Below, in pieces: positions 8,777-17,201 of a DNA stretch of 64,000 bases. A model generated the notes under the pieces. It had not been told where the DNA came from. It was given only the letters and a program-made list of their open reading frames with translations, and did not search any database. Numbering within the stretch: the stretch's first letter is position 1; every line of letters starts with the position of its first letter. Source of the DNA: a virus; IMG/VR virus record IMGVR_UViG_3300034069_000595, positions 27,478 through 91,477 of that record. One strand, 5' to 3'. Both the position numbers and the translations under genes were made by a program.

Positions 8777-9109
8777 ATGAGCGTCAAAATCAAAACCGTT
8801 ACAGGCCGGACTCAGGCGCAGGGCGTATTCGTCATTGCTCTCGACCGAAATCACTCATCCATCCAGATTGATGCCGAGACTTCCGCGAAGGCTCAAGGTG
8901 GAACGCTGAAGCTTCAGTTCGTCTCGCCAGGCATGTCGGTTGCGAAGGATTTTCTCGGCGCCACTGGATCCGCTGTTGTGATCGACCTAGCAAAACCTTA
9001 CCCAGTCGTATTCAAAGACCTTAGCGTAGATCAGCTAATCGTCACTCCGATCGGGTTCGATGCTGACAAGTCCTTCAGCGTTGGCATCGTACTCGGCGGG
9101 CAGCTCTGA
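8777..9109 (+). CDS. Small beta-sandwich virion protein
   Basis: ORF coupled to the downstream SGNH gene. Confidence 0.55.
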   Translation: MSVKIKTVTGRTQAQGVFVIALDRNHSSIQIDAETSAKAQGGTLKLQFVSPGMSVAKDFLGATGSAVVIDLAKPYPVVFKDLSVDQLIVTPIGFDADKSFSVGIVLGGQL

Positions 9110-10509
9110 TGGGTTTCGCTAATCAGCAGGCCTTTGGTGCGGACACGCCATTCGCCCTCAAACTGATCGCCGATGCGACGTCGGACCTCGGCACGGTCGG
9201 CGACTCGCGCATCGCTCAGCACTTCACCGGCACGGCACCGAACATCATCCGCGAGCACCGAGGCATTGCCTACTGGCTGGGCCTGCTCACGGATGGCGCC
9301 GTACAGGTCCAGCAGGCCTTCGCAGGTGGCGTCGGTGGTGACACCACTCCGATGTGCTTCGTGCGGACGCCAGCCCTGTCAGCGCTCAAATCTGGCACGG
9401 TCCTGTCGCGGTTCGGCACCAACGATCCGACCAGCTCGACCTACACCGCGAGCTGGACCGTGGACATGGCGATCGCAGCGTCGATCGAGTACATGACCGC
9501 CATCATCACCAACTTCCTCGACAACGGACACCCGGTTGTCCACGTCTCCCAGACCCCGCGTGGTGGCGTGGATGGCCCCGACAAGGAACTGACCGGCGAC
9601 AAGCTCAAGCACTTCCTCGGCATCCTGAATTGGGAGCTGAACGTGCTGCCGACGCTACGACTCGGGCGATATCAGCGTAGCGTGGATGGTGTCGGTAACG
9701 CCTGGAAGCTGTGGCTCGACCCAGCCTCAACGCCAGATCGCCCGCTGCCACTGCCAGGCCTGACCGTTGACGGGCTACACGACACCCACACGGGTGCCTT
9801 CCTGGCGACGCTGTCCGTGCTGCCGTTCTACAAGCGCCGCTACGCCACTAAGGCGCACTTGCCGAACACGCCATCTCGCAGCTTGGCCTATTCGAGCCTC
9901 GCCGCTACGCCTGTGCCGCTCGGCGTGCTGACCCGCAACCCGACTATGCTAGGCACCGCCGGCAACATTCCTGCGTCCGTGAACGCCCTGCCTAGCAGTG
10001 TGCTGCCCGATACCTGGAACGCGGTTGCCGCCAGCTTCACCGGTGTCAAAACCAAGTTCGATATCGTTGACACGCCGGCTGGCAAGGGCATCAAGGTGAC
10101 CTTCAGCGGTAACGCGACCACCGCAGGGGCTTACCTCTCGATCGAGCCAGCAGCGGTGGTTGCCCTGGCCGACGTCGTGGCAGGCGACAAGCTTGAGGCG
10201 ATCGGGTGGATGAAGGCCGAGGGCAAGCTGTCTGCCTGCCTGCAGGCGGCGCCGGAGATCCGCTTCGTCCGCGGCGGCACCACCTCCTATGTTCGCGACG
10301 GGAACAAGTACACCACCGTGGTGTGCCCGCTCCTGATGGATGCGTTCGTGGGCAGCGGTGTCTCCGGCGTAACGCGCACTCCAACACTGGCGGTCGATAA
10401 AACCGAAACCGAGATCAAGCAACGGTTCACGATCTACCTGCAAAACGGGGTCGATCTGAACTTCTCGGTGACCATTGCCGCACATGGAACGAGGAAGATC
10501 TATTCCTGA
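9109..10509 (+). CDS. SGNH/GDSL hydrolase with C-terminal beta domain (putative virion esterase)
   Basis: Block I GDS, block III GTND, block V DGLH. Confidence 0.75.
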   Translation: MGFANQQAFGADTPFALKLIADATSDLGTVGDSRIAQHFTGTAPNIIREHRGIAYWLGLLTDGAVQVQQAFAGGVGGDTTPMCFVRTPALSALKSGTVLSRFGTNDPTSSTYTASWTVDMAIAASIEYMTAIITNFLDNGHPVVHVSQTPRGGVDGPDKELTGDKLKHFLGILNWELNVLPTLRLGRYQRSVDGVGNAWKLWLDPASTPDRPLPLPGLTVDGLHDTHTGAFLATLSVLPFYKRRYATKAHLPNTPSRSLAYSSLAATPVPLGVLTRNPTMLGTAGNIPASVNALPSSVLPDTWNAVAASFTGVKTKFDIVDTPAGKGIKVTFSGNATTAGAYLSIEPAAVVALADVVAGDKLEAIGWMKAEGKLSACLQAAPEIRFVRGGTTSYVRDGNKYTTVVCPLLMDAFVGSGVSGVTRTPTLAVDKTETEIKQRFTIYLQNGVDLNFSVTIAAHGTRKIYS

Positions 10510-10516
10510 CGCCCAT

Positions 10517-10532
10517 GTCGTGACGTGAAGAT
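10517..10532 (+). promoter_or_regulatory. Late promoter motif
   Basis: GTCGTGAC-GTG-A-AGA-T. Confidence 0.7.
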
Positions 10533-10538
10533 TCAACT

Positions 10539-10788
10539 ATTCAAGCCCGTGTATTCCCTGAAGTCTGACAGGGCCGGTGGGGGCTAAGCCGCCGGATACT
10601 TTTCACCTTGCATCGCTCAAGGTGCTGCCATGGCAACATGGTGAGCCAGACAAAGCGGAGAGCGCAGCCCCTCTGTCCCTCGGGATAGTCGTAAGGGGGG
10701 AAGTCCGGATTGTCGGGCGGTGACCCCATACTCCCCGATGGGATCACCGCCCGGGGCGCATCCCTCCAACCTGATCTAGGATCTGGCA
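10539..10788 (+). ncRNA. Candidate structured ncRNA / long structured 5' leader
   Basis: At least seven helices including a GCAA tetraloop hairpin and a 10-bp GC stem; no convincing ORF; preceded by the late motif. Confidence 0.5.
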
Positions 10789-11943
10789 GTGTCCCTTCTC
10801 CTCGACATCACCCCTGTCAGTCAGCACGCTACCGACGCGGCTCTCGAATTCCTGTTCAAATCCACCCATGACCACGACAAGGGCATCTGGAACCCGCACG
10901 AGTCTGTGCTGATCCGGCGTCTGGTCGAGCTTTTCAGCGACCGCGGCCTCGATCGCCTCGAACACGTCAAACAGCAGATCATCGCGTGGGAGGCCGGTGA
11001 GCACCATAAGCCTGGCGCACCGGTGCCGACGAACGTTCCTGGCATGATGACGCGTTGGACCGAAGCCGAGCTTGGACTGGTCCGTGTCTACCTCGAAGCA
11101 CTCCCGCCAGGCGCATGGACCCTTGCCGACCACATGATGGCGGTCGACTACGTCGTGCAGCGTTACCTGCCGGCCGAGGAGATGAAGACCGAAGCCGAGT
11201 GGATGAGCACCCGAGCAGCGCTGATGGGCAAGGTGCAGGCCAACATGGCGGCCGCGGCCACCCCGCAGCAGGCGGACAAGATCCTCGCAGCCCTGCCTTC
11301 GACCGAAGCCGCGGCGAACCACCAGTTCAAGCTCAACGCGCAGCAGCAGTCGGTGATGGCGTTCGGCAACGCCCGGGCTGCCGAGAATGTGCGCGCCTTG
11401 GCCGAGGACGTTCGCCACCGGATGCGCAACACCATCATGCAGCACCTGGAGCAGCAGCAGACGTTGCCACCAGGCGTGCCCGGCGAGGCGCTACAGAGCA
11501 AGCTGGTCGATCAGTTCGGCACCCTGAACCGAGACTGGCGCAGGATCGCCGTCACTGAGGCTGGCGAGTGCCAGACACAGGGTTTCATCGCCAGCCTGAA
11601 GCCGGGCACGAAGGTCCGCCGCGTCGAGATGTACGCTACGGCGTGCAACTTCTGCAAAAAGATCCACGGCAAGATCGCTACCGTCGTCTCTCCGGACAAG
11701 CCCGATAAGGACTGGGAGAACGAGATATGGGTCGGCAAGAACAACATCGGCCGATCGGCATCGCCCCGCAAGCGCGTTGGCGATACGTTGGTCGATCGCG
11801 AGCCAGAGGAGATGTGGGCGCTTCCCGCCGGCCTGGCTCACCCACATTGCCGCGGGCGCTGGGTTCTGGTCGAAGAACTTGCTCAGGAAGGCGATGATCC
11901 CGACTTTGCGGCATGGCTTCGCGAGACGCTTGCCGGCGAATAG
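10789..11943 (+). CDS. Head morphogenesis protein, Mu gpF/SPP1 gp7-like
   Basis: RIAVTEAG, ACNFC and HPHCRG motifs; position between portal and protease. Confidence 0.8.
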   Translation: MSLLLDITPVSQHATDAALEFLFKSTHDHDKGIWNPHESVLIRRLVELFSDRGLDRLEHVKQQIIAWEAGEHHKPGAPVPTNVPGMMTRWTEAELGLVRVYLEALPPGAWTLADHMMAVDYVVQRYLPAEEMKTEAEWMSTRAALMGKVQANMAAAATPQQADKILAALPSTEAAANHQFKLNAQQQSVMAFGNARAAENVRALAEDVRHRMRNTIMQHLEQQQTLPPGVPGEALQSKLVDQFGTLNRDWRRIAVTEAGECQTQGFIASLKPGTKVRRVEMYATACNFCKKIHGKIATVVSPDKPDKDWENEIWVGKNNIGRSASPRKRVGDTLVDREPEEMWALPAGLAHPHCRGRWVLVEELAQEGDDPDFAAWLRETLAGE

Positions 11944-11980
11944 CTGCTATATTTGAGCAACCGCCTAACGAGTGCTCGCC

Positions 11981-12178
11981 ATGAAACTGCTATCCGCCTT
12001 TGCCCTGTCGCTTCTATCCCTGTCAGCAGCTGCCGCCGACTCCGGCAGTTGCTATGGCGTCAATGATGCCGATGCCCGCTCCTACTGTCTTGCCAAGGCT
12101 CACCAGGATCCGAGCGCCTGCTACACCATCCAGAACAGCGCCACTCGATCGATGTGTCTTGCAGAGGTGCGAAAATAG
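11981..12178 (+). CDS. Small secreted Cys-rich protein (moron-like)
   Basis: Signal peptide plus two repeats, SCYGVNDADARSYCLA and ACYTIQNSATRSMCLA. Confidence 0.7.
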   Translation: MKLLSAFALSLLSLSAAAADSGSCYGVNDADARSYCLAKAHQDPSACYTIQNSATRSMCLAEVRK

Positions 12179-12234
12179 ACGATATGCTGTCCGCCGGACT
12201 GATGGAGTTCCGTAGCCTGTAAAGGCACCATCAC

Positions 12235-12264
12235 AAAAAGCCGCCCTTCGAGGTGGCTTTTTTT
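12235..12264. terminator. Terminator
   Basis: aaaaagccgcc-cttcga-ggtggctttttt. Confidence 0.85.
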
Positions 12265-12289
12265 ATGCCTGCGGTTCGCCGCGCGAAGT

Positions 12290-12305
12290 GTCGTGACGGC
12301 ACTGT
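12290..12305 (+). promoter_or_regulatory. Late promoter motif; predicted leaderless protease mRNA
   Basis: GTCGTGAC-GGC-A-CTG-T; predicted +1 is the A of ATG 12312. Confidence 0.75.
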
Positions 12306-12311
12306 AGCGGC

Positions 12312-13196
12312 ATGAACCAAGACGAACAGCTTCTTGCTGACATCCCCGATTTCTTAAGCATCTCCGAGATGCTGAAAGCTACGCCTTCTGAGGAAGGTGG
12401 GGAGCGCTACATCTATCTGGAAGCCAGCAACGAGGGCGTCGACCAGCAGGGCGAGCGCGTTCTTGCCAAGGCACTGGAAGAAAGCGCGAGCCACTTCCTC
12501 AAGTTCGGCAACATCGACCTCGACCACTACACCATCATCGGTCAGCGGATGGGCCTGGCTAACCCCATGGCCTACGAGGTCGGCCGCCCGGTCGACGTGA
12601 CCGTTCGTGGTGATCGCACCTTCGTCAAGGCCCAGCTGTATCGCGGCACCGGCGAACTCGCGAAGAACGCGAACATGGTCTGGGAGTCGATGACTCAGAT
12701 CAGCCCGCCGGCGCGCTGGTATCCGTCCGTGGGCGGGTCAGTGCTGGCTAAGAGCGTGGCTGTTGACCCGAGCGGCGGCGGCAAGATCGGCGTCGTTACC
12801 AAGGTGCGCTGGACGAACATCGCCCTGAGCCGCACGCCGGTGAACCAACACCTGCCAGCTGCTGGCACTGTTCCCCTCGCCACGTTCGCCAAATCCTTCG
12901 GTGGCCTGGTGATGAACAAGTCCCTCGCTGCGGGCTACGGCTCCGACATGGCGACGCTGTTTGGTGGTGATGCGATCCGCATGCAGTCCCTGGATAGCAC
13001 ACCGCAAGGTTACTTCGAGTTTCGCGATGAGATCGCTGGCGCTGTCAGCAGTCGTGAAGCCAATAATCAGACCCGAGATGGTTTGATCGCGTTTTCAACG
13101 CACAAATTCAATCTGTCGGCTCCTGAAGCTGCGGAGTGGGTGGATCGCTTCCTGAGCGATTTGAAAAAACATCAATCTAACCGGAGCAATCCATGA
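12312..13196 (+). CDS. Prohead protease
   Basis: ASNEGVDQQGE, IDLDH, SVGG catalytic-Ser region, IALSRTPVN; canonical position. Confidence 0.85.
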   Translation: MNQDEQLLADIPDFLSISEMLKATPSEEGGERYIYLEASNEGVDQQGERVLAKALEESASHFLKFGNIDLDHYTIIGQRMGLANPMAYEVGRPVDVTVRGDRTFVKAQLYRGTGELAKNANMVWESMTQISPPARWYPSVGGSVLAKSVAVDPSGGGKIGVVTKVRWTNIALSRTPVNQHLPAAGTVPLATFAKSFGGLVMNKSLAAGYGSDMATLFGGDAIRMQSLDSTPQGYFEFRDEIAGAVSSREANNQTRDGLIAFSTHKFNLSAPEAAEWVDRFLSDLKKHQSNRSNP

Positions 13197-13852
13197 GCAA
13201 ATTCAACGAATTGCTCGCTGCTATCGATGCTGAAGCGGTAGAGCAGAGCGAACTCGCAAAATCCCTCCCAGCAGCTAACGCGAAGGATGATGCCACCATC
13301 GCCGCCGCTGCCGCTGATGGCACCAAGGTCGACGCCGAACTGACCGATGCCGAGAAGGCCGCGAAGGCCGGCGAAGCCGACCTGACCAAATCTCTGGGCG
13401 AAGGCGCTGGCGCCGTGGCCGACGAGAACGTCGAAGTCATTGAGGTCGACGAGCTGATCAAGTCGATGGGCGAGCTGAACCAGCGCTTCGATGAAAACGA
13501 AGGCCTGATGGCGAAGGCGCTCGGCAACACGCTGAACCTGGTGAAGACCCAGGGCGAGATGATCAAGTCTCAGAACGAGCTGATCAAGTCGCTGAGCACC
13601 CGCGTGGACGCCCTGGGCAGTCAAGGTGCCGGCCGCAAAGCGTTGCTGGTAGCTACCGAGCGCGCCCAGCCCGGCGAACATCTGGCGAAGTCGCTTCCTC
13701 AAGTGGACGCGCCGAAACCCCAAGAAATTCTTGCCAAGTGCCTGGATGCTCAGCGTGCCGGCAAGCTTACCGGTGGCGACGTTGCTCGCGCCGAATCTCA
13801 ACTGAACCACGGTGTTGCGATCGATCCGCGCATCCTGGCAGTCATTTCCTAA
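13193..13852 (+). CDS. Scaffolding protein
   Basis: Acidic coiled coil between protease and capsid genes with repeated hydrophobic-x-KS motifs. Confidence 0.75.
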   Translation: MSKFNELLAAIDAEAVEQSELAKSLPAANAKDDATIAAAAADGTKVDAELTDAEKAAKAGEADLTKSLGEGAGAVADENVEVIEVDELIKSMGELNQRFDENEGLMAKALGNTLNLVKTQGEMIKSQNELIKSLSTRVDALGSQGAGRKALLVATERAQPGEHLAKSLPQVDAPKPQEILAKCLDAQRAGKLTGGDVARAESQLNHGVAIDPRILAVIS

Positions 13853-13867
13853 GCCCCGGAGGCATCG

Positions 13868-15328
13868 ATGGACTTCCTCAACAACCCCAACACCTCCGGC
13901 GAAGGCATTGCCGGTGATATGGGCCAAGCGGACCTGGTAGCGCTGCAGAAGTCTCTGCAAGCGGGCTACGGCTCCGACATGAACGACCTGAGCGGTGGTT
14001 CGGCCCTGCGTATCCAGTCTCTGGATACCACCCTGCAGGCCACTGTGCAGGACAACCAGCACTTCGCGCTGTTCAACGCTCTGCCGAAGCCCAAGGCGAC
14101 TGCGGTGCTGGATGAATGGACCGAGCAGTCTGACATCGGCGGCTTCCTGGGCGACAGCTTCAACGACCAGGATGGTGCTGCGTCTGAGACCAATGGTCAG
14201 TACGACCGCCGCATCGGTCGTGTGAAGTACATGACCACCTACCGCAAAATCCCGATCGTTCTGCAAAGCCAGAACAACCTGGCCGACGCGGTTTCCCTGG
14301 AGACCATCAACGGCTCCAAGCAGCTGCTGTCCTCGATCGAGTTCAGCCTGTTCGAAGGTAACGATCAGGTCACCCCGAAATCCTTCGCCGGCATTCGCCA
14401 GCAGATCGAAAGCCTGGGCAGCCCCGACCACGTGATCGACATGCGCGGCTCGTCCCTGGACAGCGCCGATCCGATCATGAAGGCCGCTGAGACCGTGTTC
14501 GGCTTCGGCAACTTCGGCAAGCTGACCGACATCTACATGCCTCCGAGCGTGCAGAGCGACCTGAACACCAACCTCGACCCGGCTTTCCGTGTCGCGTTGG
14601 ACAACAGCCCGAACAGCATCTCGTACGGCACCCACGTCCGCGCGATCCGCACCTCCTGGGGTGACATCGCCACGAAGAACGACGTGTTCATCCGTGACGA
14701 GAAGATGCAGAAGCCGTTCGAGATCCGTAACGGGATCCACGCAGCTGCCGCTGTGGCGAACGCTGCGTACAAGCCTGTCGGCCTGACCGCTGTGGCTGCT
14801 GCTGGCCCTGCTGACTCGTACTGGGAAGCGTCTCACGCTGGTGCCTACGTGTACTACGTGACCGGCATCACCGAGAAGGGCGAGACTCAGGTCGTTGCGG
14901 CAACTGGCGGCGCTGTCACCGTCGCTGCTGGCGGCAAGGTCACCCTGTCCATCACCCCGTCTGCCTCCGGCATCGAGACTGGCTACGTGATCTATCGCGG
15001 TCGCAAGGATGGCACCGCTGCCCTGACCGACGTTCGCGAGATGGTTCGCGTGCCGAAGAACTCCGGCGGCAACACCGTGTACGTGGACCTCAACCGCGAG
15101 ATCCCTGGCACCACCTGCTCCTACGCCCTGAACCTGTCGGCCAGCGACCACGCCATTGCCTGGCGCCAGTACCTGCCGATGATGAAGATCCCGATGGCAG
15201 CGGTGAACAGCCCGATCATCCCTTGGCTGCAAATGATCTGCGGTTACCTGCGGATCACCAAGCGCAACCAGCACGTGGTTCTGAAGAACATCGTGCCTCG
15301 TGGCGCACTCTGGAAGCCTTTCGGCTGA
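13868..15328 (+). CDS. Major capsid protein (Herelleviridae-like)
   Basis: KSLQAGYG...GGSALRIQSLD resembles phage K-type KSFQTGYG...AGALRREILD; strongly biased codons. Confidence 0.92.
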   Translation: MDFLNNPNTSGEGIAGDMGQADLVALQKSLQAGYGSDMNDLSGGSALRIQSLDTTLQATVQDNQHFALFNALPKPKATAVLDEWTEQSDIGGFLGDSFNDQDGAASETNGQYDRRIGRVKYMTTYRKIPIVLQSQNNLADAVSLETINGSKQLLSSIEFSLFEGNDQVTPKSFAGIRQQIESLGSPDHVIDMRGSSLDSADPIMKAAETVFGFGNFGKLTDIYMPPSVQSDLNTNLDPAFRVALDNSPNSISYGTHVRAIRTSWGDIATKNDVFIRDEKMQKPFEIRNGIHAAAAVANAAYKPVGLTAVAAAGPADSYWEASHAGAYVYYVTGITEKGETQVVAATGGAVTVAAGGKVTLSITPSASGIETGYVIYRGRKDGTAALTDVREMVRVPKNSGGNTVYVDLNREIPGTTCSYALNLSASDHAIAWRQYLPMMKIPMAAVNSPIIPWLQMICGYLRITKRNQHVVLKNIVPRGALWKPFG

Positions 15329-15380
15329 TGAATGCGGGGGTGGCTTCGGCCACCCCTCTCCAGTTCAACGAGGAAACGAT

Positions 15381-15863
15381 ATGCCTATCCTAATTCGCGC
15401 TTTGCCCGGCCTGCTGACCCCCATCAATGGTGTGGCGTTCGCCGTTCATGAAGCTGGTTCGATCTCCGATGAAGTGGACGACGAGCTGGCTGAGCTGTTC
15501 CTGTCTGTCCCGAGCTTCCGCCTGGCGACCGATGCCGATCTGCCTGAGCCGGCTCCAGCTCCGGAGCCGCAAAAGAAGGACGAGCCGAAAAAGCCTGCTG
15601 AGACCGCGGCTCAGAAGAAGACCCGTGAAAAGCTTGAGGCTAAAAAGCTGGCTGATGACAAGGCCGAGCAGGAAGCTGCCGCCGCCGCGCAGGCCGAGCA
15701 GGACCGCTTAGCTGAAGAAGCTGAGGCGACTCAGAAGGCCGAGGAAGAACGCCTTGCCAATGAAGCCGAAGCTGCGCGCCTGGCGGACGCTGGCGAGCAG
15801 AGCGAGGACGAGCCGGAAAGCGACAAGCCGGAAAGCGAAGCCCCTACCGACAACGTTTTCTAA
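15381..15863 (+). CDS. Capsid-associated protein with low-complexity A/E/K/P tail
   Basis: GAGG RBS; directly follows the capsid gene. Confidence 0.65.
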   Translation: MPILIRALPGLLTPINGVAFAVHEAGSISDEVDDELAELFLSVPSFRLATDADLPEPAPAPEPQKKDEPKKPAETAAQKKTREKLEAKKLADDKAEQEAAAAAQAEQDRLAEEAEATQKAEEERLANEAEAARLADAGEQSEDEPESDKPESEAPTDNVF

Positions 15864-15872
15864 GGAGGCCAC

Positions 15873-16028
15873 ATGGCTGCCAAGACTCCGACCCCTGAGC
15901 AGATCGCGCATCTACTCAACAACATCAACATCGGTACGAACAAAGCAAAGATCGGCGATCTGATCGCTGCCTTGCTGGATCGCGTAGCCACGCTGGAAGT
16001 CGCCGTCAAAGCGCTCCAGACCCCCTGA
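15873..16028 (+). CDS. 51-aa coiled-coil protein (MAAKTPTPEQIAHLLNN...), below ORF-track cutoff
   Basis: AAGGAGG RBS; heptad pattern; followed by a terminator. Confidence 0.7.
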   Translation: MAAKTPTPEQIAHLLNNINIGTNKAKIGDLIAALLDRVATLEVAVKALQTP

Positions 16029-16059
16029 CCGCAGAACCAGTGCCGAGCTTCGGCGAACC

Positions 16060-16084
16060 AAAGGCCGCCTCGTGCGGCCTTTTT
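16060..16084 (+). terminator. Terminator ending the capsid operon
   Basis: aaaggccgc-ctcgt-gcggccttttt. Confidence 0.8.
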
Positions 16085-16093
16085 CATGAGTGA

Positions 16094-17191
16094 ATGACCA
16101 TGCCCACAATCGTAGCCGGCAGCCCGGCACAATTCGTCGTCAACGTGCAGCGCGATGGAAAACCTGTCCCGCTCGTTGGCGATGTCGCAATGCGCGTGCT
16201 CAGCATGGGCGGCCGGCAGACGCTGATCCAGCAGCGCACGCTGGACCCGGACCTGGCAGGCTCCGACTTCGCCAATGGGACCGTGGCGATCGAGCTGTCG
16301 GTTGAGGACACGAACAGCCTCCCGGGCGGTGACTCGCTGCTGGTGCTGTCCGGCGCCTTCGGCCTTCACCGCTTCAAGCTGTCCGTCGAGACGCTGTTCG
16401 AGGGAACGCGCAACTCGCTGTTCATTCGTGACCTGGTGATCGACGAGATCCGCGGTGACCGGCTGATGTCGGCCGCGGCCGGCGTCCTTCAGGGCATCAG
16501 CGTGTCAGATGACTATCTCTGGGAGAAGGTCAGGGCTGCGGAGTCGGAGATGTCCCACACGCTCCGCGTGCCGCTGGTCCCAACCCACTTCTTCGCGATC
16601 GACCCGACACCCGAGCAGATCGCCGAGCTGGATGGCATGGCCTGGGCGATCGACCCTGCCTACGACTACTCGCCCGATATGTTCCACGGCGAGAAGTGGG
16701 GCTTCATGATCACCCGCCAGCACCCGATCATCGACATTAAGCACCTGCGGTTCGCCTACCCAACGCCGGACAAGGGCTTCGTCGATATCCCCCACGACTG
16801 GATCCGCTACGACGCCAAATACGGCCACGTGCGCATCGTGCCGGCCTCGCCAGCCATTTTCCTACAGATGGACACCTTCATCATGACGGCCCTGACCGGT
16901 GGCCGATCGGTCCCATTCATGATGCAGCTCGAGTACACCGCCGGCCTGACCGACGTAGAGACCAACTTCCCCGAGCTGCTGGACGCCATCAAGAAAATGG
17001 CGGTGATGAAGATCGTGGGCGACGCCTTCCTCCCACAGTCGGGCTCGATCAGCGGAGACGGTCTGTCCGAGTCCATCTCGGTGGACCTGAGCAAGTACCA
17101 GGACATGGTCGATCACATCATCAACGGGCCGCCTGGCTCGAATGGCGGCCTGATGACCAAGATCAACGGCATTCGCATGCTGGTCATGTGA
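16094..17191 (+). CDS. Putative head-tail adaptor/neck protein
   Basis: Position; C-terminal Y.AG and SISGDGLSES motifs typical of adaptors. Confidence 0.55.
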   Translation: MTMPTIVAGSPAQFVVNVQRDGKPVPLVGDVAMRVLSMGGRQTLIQQRTLDPDLAGSDFANGTVAIELSVEDTNSLPGGDSLLVLSGAFGLHRFKLSVETLFEGTRNSLFIRDLVIDEIRGDRLMSAAAGVLQGISVSDDYLWEKVRAAESEMSHTLRVPLVPTHFFAIDPTPEQIAELDGMAWAIDPAYDYSPDMFHGEKWGFMITRQHPIIDIKHLRFAYPTPDKGFVDIPHDWIRYDAKYGHVRIVPASPAIFLQMDTFIMTALTGGRSVPFMMQLEYTAGLTDVETNFPELLDAIKKMAVMKIVGDAFLPQSGSISGDGLSESISVDLSKYQDMVDHIINGPPGSNGGLMTKINGIRMLVM

Positions 17192-17201
17192 GGGAGGCGG
17201 C

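Noticed and set aside
10539-10788. RNase P RNA or group I intron
   Set aside because: AAGTCCGG lacks its CCGGCTT P4 partner near the 3' end. The ATGGCAAC..GAGCCA and ATAGTC words lack a matching GAGACTA P7 strand, and no gene is interrupted. Kept only as an unclassified structured RNA.
13172-15274. 700-aa minus-strand ORF, and similar long ORFs at 7053-8051, 19943-21730, 39025-40413 and 53040-54092
   Set aside because: Antisense shadows of high-GC3 real genes; no RBS, motifs or protein-like composition.
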